In this document: one piece after another, positions 1 to 7,891 of the stretch
Layout: each line of letters starts with the position of its first letter
Numbering within the stretch: the first letter of the stretch is position 1
Virus record (IMG/VR): IMGVR_UViG_3300025909_000005
Reading direction: 5' to 3' (one strand)
DNA from: a virus
Taxonomy: Duplodnaviria > Caudoviricetes
DNA: 64,000 nt
Made by a program: the position numbers and the translations under genes
Notes under the pieces: generated by a model
Databases searched by the model: none
Told to the model about the DNA's origin: nothing
Seen by the model: only the letters and a program-made list of their open reading frames with translations

Positions 1-2
1 AG

Positions 3-278
3 AAGTGGCAGGACCGCAACAAGTCGTACAGCTTCGAAGGTCACCGCGGCGTGCAGCGCTTCGTAGAACTGCTTCGCGTGATGGGTGGTTACCGTGACCT
101 CGATGACTTCTTTGCCGACAACTCAGGCGCCGTTGAGGCCGTCCTTCAATGGGCTGCTGATCGCAATGTCGACGAGTGGGAAGAGAACCTCAAGAGCGAA
201 CTCGGTGACGACGGAGACGATGATGACGAGGATCACGATGGTGATGAAGGTCATGACACTGACCACGATCACGAGTAA
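3..278 (+). CDS. Hypothetical protein, 5'-truncated, acidic/His-rich C-terminal tail
   Basis: Frame is open from the window edge to TAA at 278; ends DDGDDDDEDHDGDEGHDTDHDHE. Confidence 0.7.
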   Translation, partial: KWQDRNKSYSFEGHRGVQRFVELLRVMGGYRDLDDFFADNSGAVEAVLQWAADRNVDEWEENLKSELGDDGDDDDEDHDGDEGHDTDHDHE

Positions 279-287
279 CTCTTACAA

Positions 288-1493
288 GTGACCGAATTAC
301 AAAGGGCCTTCGGGCCCTTTGTGCTGCCTAAATATTCGATGATGATAGAGACCCCGTACAAGTCCTTTTGGATGGGCGGCTTTGAAGGTGCAGACCACGT
401 GAATGAGCAGGGCGCACGCCTTGACATGGTTGCGTGGAGCGGTCACCTTGCCTCCGTTGAAAGTGACTACGAGCAACTTGCAAAGATGGACATCAAGACG
501 GTTCGTGAGAGCGTCGGTTGGAGAATTTCCCAACCGACGATCGATTCGCACCTTGACTTGTCGAGAGCTGTGGCCTTCGCTGAGGCGGCCAAGAAGCACG
601 ACATTCAACTGATCTGGACGTTCATGCATTACGGCACACCAGAGGGGGTGAGTCTTCTTGATGACAGCTTCGTTGACCACTTTGTGGAATACGCAACGAA
701 GGTAGCAGAGACACTCGCGCCTTTTGATGACGCGCCTGTCTTCAACCTCATCAATGAGATTTCGTTTCTGTCGTGGGCTACCTCGCAGACTAACTTCATG
801 TGGCCATACCAGGGAAAACCTGAGGGTGCAAGAAGCGAAGCTGCAAGGCAAGGGTTTGTGACGAAGTGCCGGCTCGTGCGTGCAGTGTTGAAGGCGATGG
901 AGGCGGTGAGGGACGTCTGTCCTGCTGCCCGATTCCTGCACGTCGAGCCCCTCGTCCACATGGTTACGCCGTTCGACAAGCCCGAGCTTGAAGAGCTGGC
1001 ACAAGAAATTCGATCACACCAGTGGCAAGTTTGGGAGCTCCTTCGTGGTACAATGGAACCACAGCTTGGTGGCTACCCTGAAGCGCTTGACCTCATGGGT
1101 GTGAACTACTACTACAATGGACAGATGGAGGTTGTGACCGACAAGTACCTTGAATGGATTGAACCTGATCCGCGGCGACTGCCGTTCAATGCACTACTAG
1201 AAGAAACTTGGGGCCGTTACAGACGACCCCTCATTATATCCGAGACTGGCCACATGGACGACACTCGTGCTCTGTGGCTCGATCGCATCTTCAAAGAACT
1301 CAAAGACGCAACCGACTCTGGTGTTCCCATTGAAGGCGTGTGCGTCTATCCAATCTCTGACCGACCATGCTGGCATGACATCGAAAAGATCATCAAGTGT
1401 GGCATCATTCAACTCGATTATGATCGAAGCCTGCACCAGGACTCGATCGAAACCATTCGGCGTTGGCAACAGCGCTTTAAGGAAGCTGCATGA
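288..1493 (+). CDS. Glycoside hydrolase, GH1-like (clan A) beta-glycosidase of the type found next to GT4/glf genes
   Basis: 401 aa; SFWMGGFEGADH N-terminus, VRESVGW, LINEISF (acid/base NE), MGVNYY, IISETG (nucleophile). Confidence 0.8.
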   Translation: MTELQRAFGPFVLPKYSMMIETPYKSFWMGGFEGADHVNEQGARLDMVAWSGHLASVESDYEQLAKMDIKTVRESVGWRISQPTIDSHLDLSRAVAFAEAAKKHDIQLIWTFMHYGTPEGVSLLDDSFVDHFVEYATKVAETLAPFDDAPVFNLINEISFLSWATSQTNFMWPYQGKPEGARSEAARQGFVTKCRLVRAVLKAMEAVRDVCPAARFLHVEPLVHMVTPFDKPELEELAQEIRSHQWQVWELLRGTMEPQLGGYPEALDLMGVNYYYNGQMEVVTDKYLEWIEPDPRRLPFNALLEETWGRYRRPLIISETGHMDDTRALWLDRIFKELKDATDSGVPIEGVCVYPISDRPCWHDIEKIIKCGIIQLDYDRSLHQDSIETIRRWQQRFKEAA

Positions 1494-2638
1494 AAACCCT
1501 CGTTGTTCTTTCCCATCTTCGCTGGGACTTTGTCTTTCAACGTCCACAGCACCTGCTGACTCGCCTGTCCAAGTACTACAACATCATCTTCGTCGAAGAG
1601 CCAATGAAGGGGCCGGTGGCCCTCGATGTTCACCACATCTCTCCATCGATTCAAGTCGTCGTGCCTCACACTGGCGTGGAGGAGTTCGGCTTCAGCGACG
1701 CACAAATGGAGGTGATTGGCCCCATGCTTCACAGCTGGCTACGTGATGAAGTGCAGTCAGGCTACGGTCTCTGGTTCTACACGCCTCAGGCGCTGCCGCT
1801 CAAGGACTACCTGAGTGACTACGAGTTCATCGTGTTCGATGTCATGGACGAACTGTCGATGTTTGCGAACGCACCAATCCAGTTGAAGGAGCGTGAGGCT
1901 GAGCTGCTCAAGATTGCTGACCTCGTCACGGCTGGTGGCCCATCGTTAGCCCGTGCCAAGCAGCTAGTTCGCCCTGATACACTCTCACTGCCATCCTCCG
2001 TGGATGGCACGCACTTCGCGCCGAAGACTGCCGAGGAACGCGAGGCTGACAACCACTTTGAAGATAGACTGGAACACGACATTGCGCACCCACGTCTCGG
2101 CTTCTTTGGTGTGATCGACGAGCGCCTAGACACCGACCTCATCGCCTACATTGCTGACGCGGACCCTCGTTGGCAGCTCGTCATGGTGGGCCCTGTCGTG
2201 AAGATCGACCCTGAAACTTTGCCAAAGCGAGCGAACATTCACTGGCTTGGTCAACAGGACTACGCAGTCCTGCCACAGCTTGTCCATGAATGGGAGGTGT
2301 GCATGCTTCCATTCGCGCTAAACGATGCCACGAAGTTCATCTCACCAACGAAGACCCTTGAGTACCTGGCTGCTGAGAAGCCAGTTGTCTCCACCGCAGT
2401 TCACGATGTGGTAGAGCTGTACGGCGACGCCGTCGAGATTGCCCACGACAAGGATGAGTTCGTCGCGAAGCTTCATGACGTCATGAATGAATCGGAAGTT
2501 GCTAAGGCTGAGCGCCTGTTCCTGACTCGAGAAGTAGTGAAGGCGAATGAGTGGGATGCAACTGCAGAGAAGTTTCACCAGGCAATTGAACAGGTGATCA
2601 GCTCCAAACCAAGTTACGCTTACATCTCAGCTCCATAA
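1490..2638 (+). CDS. Glycosyltransferase, GT-B fold (GT4-like; family often fused or linked to UDP-galactopyranose mutase)
   Basis: LSHLRWDFVFQRPQHLL N-terminus; GFFGVIDERLD; ISPTKTLEYLAAEKPVVST; ATGA overlap with upstream gene. Confidence 0.85.
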   Translation: MKTLVVLSHLRWDFVFQRPQHLLTRLSKYYNIIFVEEPMKGPVALDVHHISPSIQVVVPHTGVEEFGFSDAQMEVIGPMLHSWLRDEVQSGYGLWFYTPQALPLKDYLSDYEFIVFDVMDELSMFANAPIQLKEREAELLKIADLVTAGGPSLARAKQLVRPDTLSLPSSVDGTHFAPKTAEEREADNHFEDRLEHDIAHPRLGFFGVIDERLDTDLIAYIADADPRWQLVMVGPVVKIDPETLPKRANIHWLGQQDYAVLPQLVHEWEVCMLPFALNDATKFISPTKTLEYLAAEKPVVSTAVHDVVELYGDAVEIAHDKDEFVAKLHDVMNESEVAKAERLFLTREVVKANEWDATAEKFHQAIEQVISSKPSYAYISAP

Positions 2639-2661
2639 ATATCTGCACTAGATATAGGAGC
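2630..2661 (+). promoter_or_regulatory. Late promoter TAAATA (2636-2641) inside a hairpin that pairs with the Shine-Dalgarno of the next gene
   Basis: gctcc 2630-2634 / ggagc 2657-2661 and tatct 2640-2644 / agata 2650-2654. Confidence 0.55.
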
Positions 2662-2665
2662 CTGA

Positions 2666-3487
2666 ATGCCCGACGAGAAGACTTCACCCGAAGCCAAGCC
2701 TGCCGAGATCCCAGCACCAGCTGTCGCCACTCCTAGCGACGCAAAAGCAGAGAAGCCATCTGTTGACAAGGAAGCGATTCTGACGTTCGTTGAGAACATG
2801 ATCGATACCTTGACCTTCAGGCGGCTGGCTCTCTCTGCGCTGCTGATCTTGATTGGCCTGGTTCTGTTTTCTCTCTATGAGAACCGGACCGCGATCGTGA
2901 ATCACTACACGCAACCGCAGGTCATCGCTACTGACGAATCGCCGCCAGCTAGCTGGACCCTGTCCGACGGTAGCAAGTCTCAACTGGTTCAGCTGACGCA
3001 CACCACGGCGGTGAAGATGGTCATGGTCACAGATGTGGACCTGAAGAAGAACCGCAAGCTCGTTCGCTTCTACTACATCAACGACGACACGATCAAGCTG
3101 TCTCAGGAGGAGCTTCAGGCTGTTGCACTCCCCCAGGCGGTGTTTGACTACGATGCCAAGAACACGGAACAGATGGTCGCCATTCTGAGCAATGACTTCC
3201 GTTGCGACCCGTACAAGGACACGATCTACTTCCGCTACGCGCCTGAACTGCAGGACAAGATTCCTACCATTTGCCGAATTGCAGTGCCTCCATTTGTAGG
3301 CCAGTTTGTAGGTTTTCTTTCAGTTGGCATTGGAAAGCAGCTGCAACCGAGTGATATGGACAGCGTCCGCCTGGAAGTAAGCCGGCTAGCTGTTGACATC
3401 TACCTGCATGACGTGATCAAGAAGCCAGGTTCAGCAGCATCCGCTGCCTCTGCAGCGAAGGCCCGTTTTCTACACCTGACGAACTGA
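2666..3487 (+). CDS. Single-TM membrane protein with GAF-like C-terminal domain, T4 holin T-like (paralog A)
   Basis: One TM helix (LALSALLILIGLVLFSLY); C-terminal TICRIAVPPFVGQFVGFLSVG resembles the holin T periplasmic domain; late promoter upstream. Confidence 0.5.
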   Translation: MPDEKTSPEAKPAEIPAPAVATPSDAKAEKPSVDKEAILTFVENMIDTLTFRRLALSALLILIGLVLFSLYENRTAIVNHYTQPQVIATDESPPASWTLSDGSKSQLVQLTHTTAVKMVMVTDVDLKKNRKLVRFYYINDDTIKLSQEELQAVALPQAVFDYDAKNTEQMVAILSNDFRCDPYKDTIYFRYAPELQDKIPTICRIAVPPFVGQFVGFLSVGIGKQLQPSDMDSVRLEVSRLAVDIYLHDVIKKPGSAASAASAAKARFLHLTN

Positions 3488-3508
3488 CTCCCCCATCACC
3501 TCTGGCCC

Positions 3509-3514
3509 TAAATA
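3509..3514 (+). promoter_or_regulatory. T4-like late promoter core TAAATA
   Basis: Intergenic TAAATA 27 nt upstream of ATG 3541. Confidence 0.6.
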
Positions 3515-3540
3515 GTCATCTAGACAAGAGGGTACACGGA

Positions 3541-4251
3541 ATGGCCATCCAAGAACGGGTGTTGTCACTAGTCGCCAAGATCGTCAGGGTCATTTCGCTC
3601 AAGAACGTGGCGCTTTGGTCCCTAGCCGGCGTTTTGGCACTTGTTGGCCTCACTGCATTTCAGAATCGAACGGCGATCGTCAGCTACATTATCAACGGCC
3701 CAACCGTAGATACGGCGCCCCTGTCTTCGTTTACAGTCTCTGCTGCGTCTCAATCGCGTATCAAGTCACTGGTAGATTCAGATGACTTGATCAATGCAAT
3801 GGTTGTGTTGAACGCCGACATTCGCAACAACCGCCGCGTCCCAATTCACTGGTACTCTGACGATCCATCTGCTGAAAAGGCGCTCGACAGCCTCTTCAGC
3901 GGGAAGTACGGTGGCATTCCACTCTTCACGTCTGACGAGAAGAACAATGAGGGTGTCGTTGGCGTGATCAACGGCGAGTTCACCTGCTCGGAGTACACGG
4001 CGGGCGGCAACGCTGCCCTGTTCCCAAGCATGCAGTCCCGCTTCCCGTACGTTTGCCGCACGTCGCTCCCACCATACTACGGTCAGTTCTCTGGTTACAT
4101 CACGATCTGTTTGAACCGCGTTCCATCTGCAGATGAGCTCATCAACTTGAAGACCGAGGCGCTGAACATTTCGACCGAGATCTACTTCCGCGACGTGCTG
4201 CCATCAAGCAAGAAGGTCAATCCTACAAACCCGGCAAATCCTGCAAACTGA
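3541..4251 (+). CDS. Holin T-like membrane protein (paralog B)
   Basis: Clear paralog of 2666-3487 (NRTAIV after the TM; YVCRTSLPPYYGQFSGYITI; ISTEIY vs LAVDIY). Confidence 0.5.
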   Translation: MAIQERVLSLVAKIVRVISLKNVALWSLAGVLALVGLTAFQNRTAIVSYIINGPTVDTAPLSSFTVSAASQSRIKSLVDSDDLINAMVVLNADIRNNRRVPIHWYSDDPSAEKALDSLFSGKYGGIPLFTSDEKNNEGVVGVINGEFTCSEYTAGGNAALFPSMQSRFPYVCRTSLPPYYGQFSGYITICLNRVPSADELINLKTEALNISTEIYFRDVLPSSKKVNPTNPANPAN

Positions 4252-4285
4252 GCGCGCGGGTAATAGCATTAGTGGCTAGATAGCG
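4251..4285. repeat. 35-bp intergenic element, exact reverse complement of 42247-42281
   Basis: agcgcgcgggtaatagcattagtggctagatagcg; compared base by base. Confidence 0.95.
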
Positions 4286-4348
4286 CCCACGGTTCAGCAT
4301 AAATAGGCCATACACAGATACCCGTTGACCCCTCTTAAGGAGACCACG

Positions 4349-4654
4349 ATGTCCATTTCATCATTTTTCGCCAGCCTCAAGGCCAAGCTCCGTGCTGCCG
4401 AGGCCAAGGTAGAAGCAAAGTACGAGGCTGAAAAGGCCAAGGTTGAGGGCGAGTACAAGGCCCACAAGGTAGAAGCCACAGCCAAGGACAAGATCGATGC
4501 TGTTGAGCAAAAGGCCGACGACAAGCTCGCCGCCGCCGAAGAGAAGCTCAAGAACGCAACGACCGAGACCGAAAAGTTCGCAGCCCAAGCTGAGTACGAC
4601 GTTGCAAAGGCCGAACACGCCGTTGCTTCCCGTACGAAGCACGCCGCCGAGTAA
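4349..4654 (+). CDS. Small Lys/Ala/Glu-rich helical protein (LEA/phasin-like composition)
   Basis: SD aaggag before ATG 4349; late TAAATA at 4300-4305. Confidence 0.75.
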   Translation: MSISSFFASLKAKLRAAEAKVEAKYEAEKAKVEGEYKAHKVEATAKDKIDAVEQKADDKLAAAEEKLKNATTETEKFAAQAEYDVAKAEHAVASRTKHAAE

Positions 4655-4657
4655 GTC

Positions 4658-4855
4658 ATGTACGTGGGACCCTTCTTCTTTGGTGTCCTACTCCTGGGGC
4701 TGTTCCTCATTGCCCTTGTCCTGTGTCTTGCCTGGGCCCGAAAGATTCCAGGCATGCGCAGGTCGCGGCGCAATGACTGTAACTACGCAGGCCCAGAACG
4801 TCGTCACGCGAAGGTCGTAGAGTTCGAAGTTGATGATACAATAGAAAATGAGTAA
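4658..4855 (+). CDS. Small membrane protein with RRSRR...YAGPERR motif
   Basis: N-terminal TM helix followed by an Arg-rich segment. Confidence 0.6.
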   Translation: MYVGPFFFGVLLLGLFLIALVLCLAWARKIPGMRRSRRNDCNYAGPERRHAKVVEFEVDDTIENE

Positions 4856-4857
4856 CT

Positions 4858-4992
4858 ATGAGTCTCGAATCTATATCTCTGATCAACGGTCTTTCGATCG
4901 GGCTTGAGCACGTCGATGAGATTCCAGAGGAAGACATTCCTACCTCCATCATTCTAGACTTCTTCATCTTTCGATTCATCTTCTCCGTATGA
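4858..4992 (+). CDS. Small hypothetical protein (44 aa, below ORF-track cutoff)
   Basis: MSLESISLINGLSIGLEHVDE...; fills the gap, ATGA overlap with the NUDIX gene. Confidence 0.45.
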   Translation: MSLESISLINGLSIGLEHVDEIPEEDIPTSIILDFFIFRFIFSV

Positions 4993-5447
4993 ACTTCCCT
5001 ACCATCGCCATGATCCAAGAAGCGGTTGCCACGCGTGCTGGCATCATTCCGTTCCTGGCAGATGGGCGCGCGCTGTTCTTCGTGTCGTCAGATCCTTCGT
5101 ACGGCGGGCCAGATCCTGCGATTGCGAAGGGGCGAGTTGACCAGGGAGAGACAGTCGTGCAGGCAGCCATTCGTGAGGGAGCTGAAGAGCTCGGCCTTCG
5201 TCCAAGCAACTTTGCAGGCAAGCCTTTCCTCGGCTGGTCTGGCTCGGTTGGCGGCCTTCAGGCAACGTATGAGATGGCCGTCTACTGTGTGCAGGTCAAG
5301 GATGAGAAGGCCTTCAGCAAACCAGGTCACGAGACAGAGCGCACAGTTTGGTACACGCGGGAAGAATTTGCAAAACACGGCCGCCGTTCACACCAGGCAA
5401 TGGCGAATGCAGCCTTCGATAAGATTGACGCGCGCCTTCGAAAATAA
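4989..5447 (+). CDS. NUDIX hydrolase
   Basis: Nudix box KGRVDQGETVVQAAIREGAEELG. Confidence 0.85.
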   Translation: MNFPTIAMIQEAVATRAGIIPFLADGRALFFVSSDPSYGGPDPAIAKGRVDQGETVVQAAIREGAEELGLRPSNFAGKPFLGWSGSVGGLQATYEMAVYCVQVKDEKAFSKPGHETERTVWYTREEFAKHGRRSHQAMANAAFDKIDARLRK

Positions 5448-5469
5448 ATACAGAACAGAACAACTACCG

Positions 5470-5507
5470 GAAATGGGGTCCTGTTCTACGTGGCAGGACC
5501 CCATTTC
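5470..5507. terminator. 14-bp stem-loop, probable terminator
   Basis: gaaatggggtcctg / caggaccccatttc. Confidence 0.65.
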
Positions 5508-5509
5508 TG

Positions 5510-5538
5510 TTTACAGGACTTCTCTTTCAGGTTATAAT
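5510..5538 (+). promoter_or_regulatory. Sigma70-like early promoter
   Basis: TTTACA-17-TATAAT. Confidence 0.8.
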
Positions 5539-5544
5539 CAGACT

Positions 5545-6000
5545 ATGCATGATACAGACGAATCAGGTTACGAAAAGCGAGCCCGAGCTGGGCTGATTCC
5601 CTACATGCGTGGGGAAGATGGCCAGCTCAGCTACCTCATGATGGTCAGCTCCGACCCAAAGTTCGGAGGCCCTCGTCCGATGATCTCGAAAGGGAAGATC
5701 GAAAAGGGTGAGACCAAGCTGGAGGCAGCGGTCCGTGAAGCGGAAGAGGAACTCGGCTTCAAGATGCGAAATGCACGGGGCAACCTGGTGCAGATCGCCG
5801 AGGAGCGGGTGACGCTGCATTCGGGCGCCTATGACCTCGCGGTCTATGGTGCTGAGATCATCGACAAGTACGACTTCGACAAATGGTGCGACGAGACGGA
5901 ATACGTCGTATGGATGACCCTGTCGGAGTTTCGAAACAAGGGTCGCCGAGACCACGTGAAGTACGTGGAAAAGCTAGAAAATATCGTGAGGACATCATGA
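5545..6000 (+). CDS. NUDIX hydrolase (paralog of 4989-5447)
   Basis: RARAGLIPY start; KGKIEKGETKLEAAVREAEEELG; start placed at ATG 5545 after the promoter. Confidence 0.85.
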   Translation: MHDTDESGYEKRARAGLIPYMRGEDGQLSYLMMVSSDPKFGGPRPMISKGKIEKGETKLEAAVREAEEELGFKMRNARGNLVQIAEERVTLHSGAYDLAVYGAEIIDKYDFDKWCDETEYVVWMTLSEFRNKGRRDHVKYVEKLENIVRTS

Positions 6001-6614
6001 GCAGGATCTTGACACTTGACGCACAGGGACAGCCACACAGGTGGGTCTCCTACGAAGACGCAATCGTTTACCACGCAAAGAACCTGGTTGCTTGGCAGCT
6101 GGGCGAAGGCGAAGGCGACGTCATGTACCGTGGCGGTGAGAACCGCATCACTGGCCTGACGTCGACGATCACGACTGCACCGATCATCGCCGTGAAGGGC
6201 GAGACAGGCAAGCGCGCGTACAAGGTTCCTTCGCTTACGAACCGTGAACTGTTCCGGCGTGACCGTCACCTGTGCGCGTACTGCGGCAAGGTCTTCTCAG
6301 ACCTGCGTCTGACGCGTGACCACATCATCCCGCAGTCGAAGGGTGGTAAGGACACGTGGATGAACGTGGTCACAGCTTGCGAGAGCTGCAACCACAGGAA
6401 GGACGACCACATGCTCGAGGAAATCGGCATGAAGCTCCTGTACGTGCCGTACACGCCGAACAGGGCTGAAGCGCTCATCCTGGAAAACAGGAACGTTCTC
6501 GCCTGCCAGATGGAGTACCTCAAGTCATTCCTCCCAGACCACTCGCGGGTGTGGGACGACATGAGGGACAAGGAAATCGCTGCGAAGCCGACACGTCACT
6601 CCTTCTACCAGTGA
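5997..6614 (+). CDS. HNH endonuclease (McrA-like, zinc-binding)
   Basis: RELFRRDRHLCAYCG...LTRDHIIPQSKGG...WMNVVTACESCNHRK. Confidence 0.9.
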   Translation: MSRILTLDAQGQPHRWVSYEDAIVYHAKNLVAWQLGEGEGDVMYRGGENRITGLTSTITTAPIIAVKGETGKRAYKVPSLTNRELFRRDRHLCAYCGKVFSDLRLTRDHIIPQSKGGKDTWMNVVTACESCNHRKDDHMLEEIGMKLLYVPYTPNRAEALILENRNVLACQMEYLKSFLPDHSRVWDDMRDKEIAAKPTRHSFYQ

Positions 6615-6749
6615 TCTCAAGCGCCATCACCGGCGCTTCTGCCGGAGCCATCTTCGCATCAGGGCAACGCCTTGGTGTAGTGGTGGCTTCGGCCATTTTG
6701 ACCGCAATTTTGAACTGCTACTGTTTTCACCTTTCTAGAAAGAAGCACC

Positions 6750-7316
6750 ATGGATCTTGAGCAACGAATCGCTACCATCGTCGAGCGCACGCGGACATTG
6801 TGGCTCATCTTCGCTCTTGCCCTGTCAGCAGTCGTCATTGGCTTCTGCCCGCCATGGGCTTGGATCCTACTCCTTCCAGCCTTCTACCTCACGTACTACG
6901 CCGCCCTCGTCATTGCGACCCTCGTGCTGGCGTCGCAGGTGACTGCGGAGGAGTTCCATGAGAACGAGAGGCAACAGCAGGAAATGCGAGAGCGCGTGCA
7001 GCAGCTCGACCCCGATGCTCTCGACGAACTCAACGCGTACCTCGACACGGGCATCAAGGAGCCTGACGAAAAGCTGCTGAAGCTGATGGAGAAGGCAGGA
7101 CTCACGGAGGTTCAGATCAACCCGATCGAGGAGCACTCCGAACCGCCATTCGGCTTCTTCGATGGCAAGCCGCTCTACGACTGGATAGTGCTGAAGGGTC
7201 AGGGCCGATTCGAGTACGCTGGCCTGAAGCAGGACTTCGGCAAGGTCTGCCCCAAGGGGAAGATCTGCGCTGACATCGATGGGATCGTGTACATGCGCGA
7301 TCAGCAACCTGCGTAA
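6750..7316 (+). CDS. Hypothetical membrane protein (2 TM)
   Basis: 188-aa ORF with two hydrophobic helices. Confidence 0.7.
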   Translation: MDLEQRIATIVERTRTLWLIFALALSAVVIGFCPPWAWILLLPAFYLTYYAALVIATLVLASQVTAEEFHENERQQQEMRERVQQLDPDALDELNAYLDTGIKEPDEKLLKLMEKAGLTEVQINPIEEHSEPPFGFFDGKPLYDWIVLKGQGRFEYAGLKQDFGKVCPKGKICADIDGIVYMRDQQPA

Positions 7317-7356
7317 AGTTGATGCAAACTGCGCGTTCAGCGCTTATAATGCATAT

Positions 7357-7860
7357 ATAGATTGATGCTACGGCAGAAACCGCTAGCACATTGAGTGGGT
7401 CCCTGGAGACCCACAAAGAACTAAGCGACCGAAAGTTAGACGATTATCTTGCAGATACGTTGGTGTCCCCGGACATCATGTTACCCGTCCAACATCTCTT
7501 TGTCGCCCTTTTCTCAAGTTCTAATTTCAACCCCAAACAATCGTCTCACTGACGAACCGCCGCGACTTGGTTATCCATTCTACGGCAACCTTTCATTGTC
7601 CTCGGATGATGACGTGCATCGAGATACGTTAACTCGGTTAGGTGCCTGTGCCGAATTGCAGGATATTGCTGATCGAAATCAGATAGGACACCAGTAGCCG
7701 AATCTCCCGGTGTAGGAAGTCATTAACCTCAGGTGCCTGGCCGTCGGTCGGGAATTTCTTTTGAGGCATGTAGGTGAATCAACCGCGAAAGCGGGCCACC
7801 GTTCCGAACTTTCCAAACGCATTTTTTGTTTGTCAGTGAGACACCCTCATTCGCTGCCGT
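7357..7860 (+). ncRNA. Candidate structured non-coding RNA(s), Y-RNA-like, upstream of Ro60
   Basis: 575-nt gap without a credible ORF; TATAAT at 7345-7350; about 10 hand-identified helices including 15-bp 7543-7557/7828-7842 and bulged-C helix 7425-7432/7500-7506. Confidence 0.6.
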
Positions 7861-7891
7861 GTGCAGCCGTACCTCCAGAAAGGAAACACCC

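Noticed and set aside
5026-5544. N-terminal extension making 5026-6000 a 324-aa protein
   Set aside because: Overlaps the first NUDIX gene and crosses a hairpin and a promoter; the true start is better placed at 5545
7727-7805. Partial resemblance to cobalamin (AGGUGCC..GGGAA..GGUG..GCCACCGU) or glycine (CCGAA, CUCAGG) riboswitch words
   Set aside because: Spacing and core helices do not fit and the downstream gene is unrelated to those ligands; an Rfam search is needed to exclude this formally
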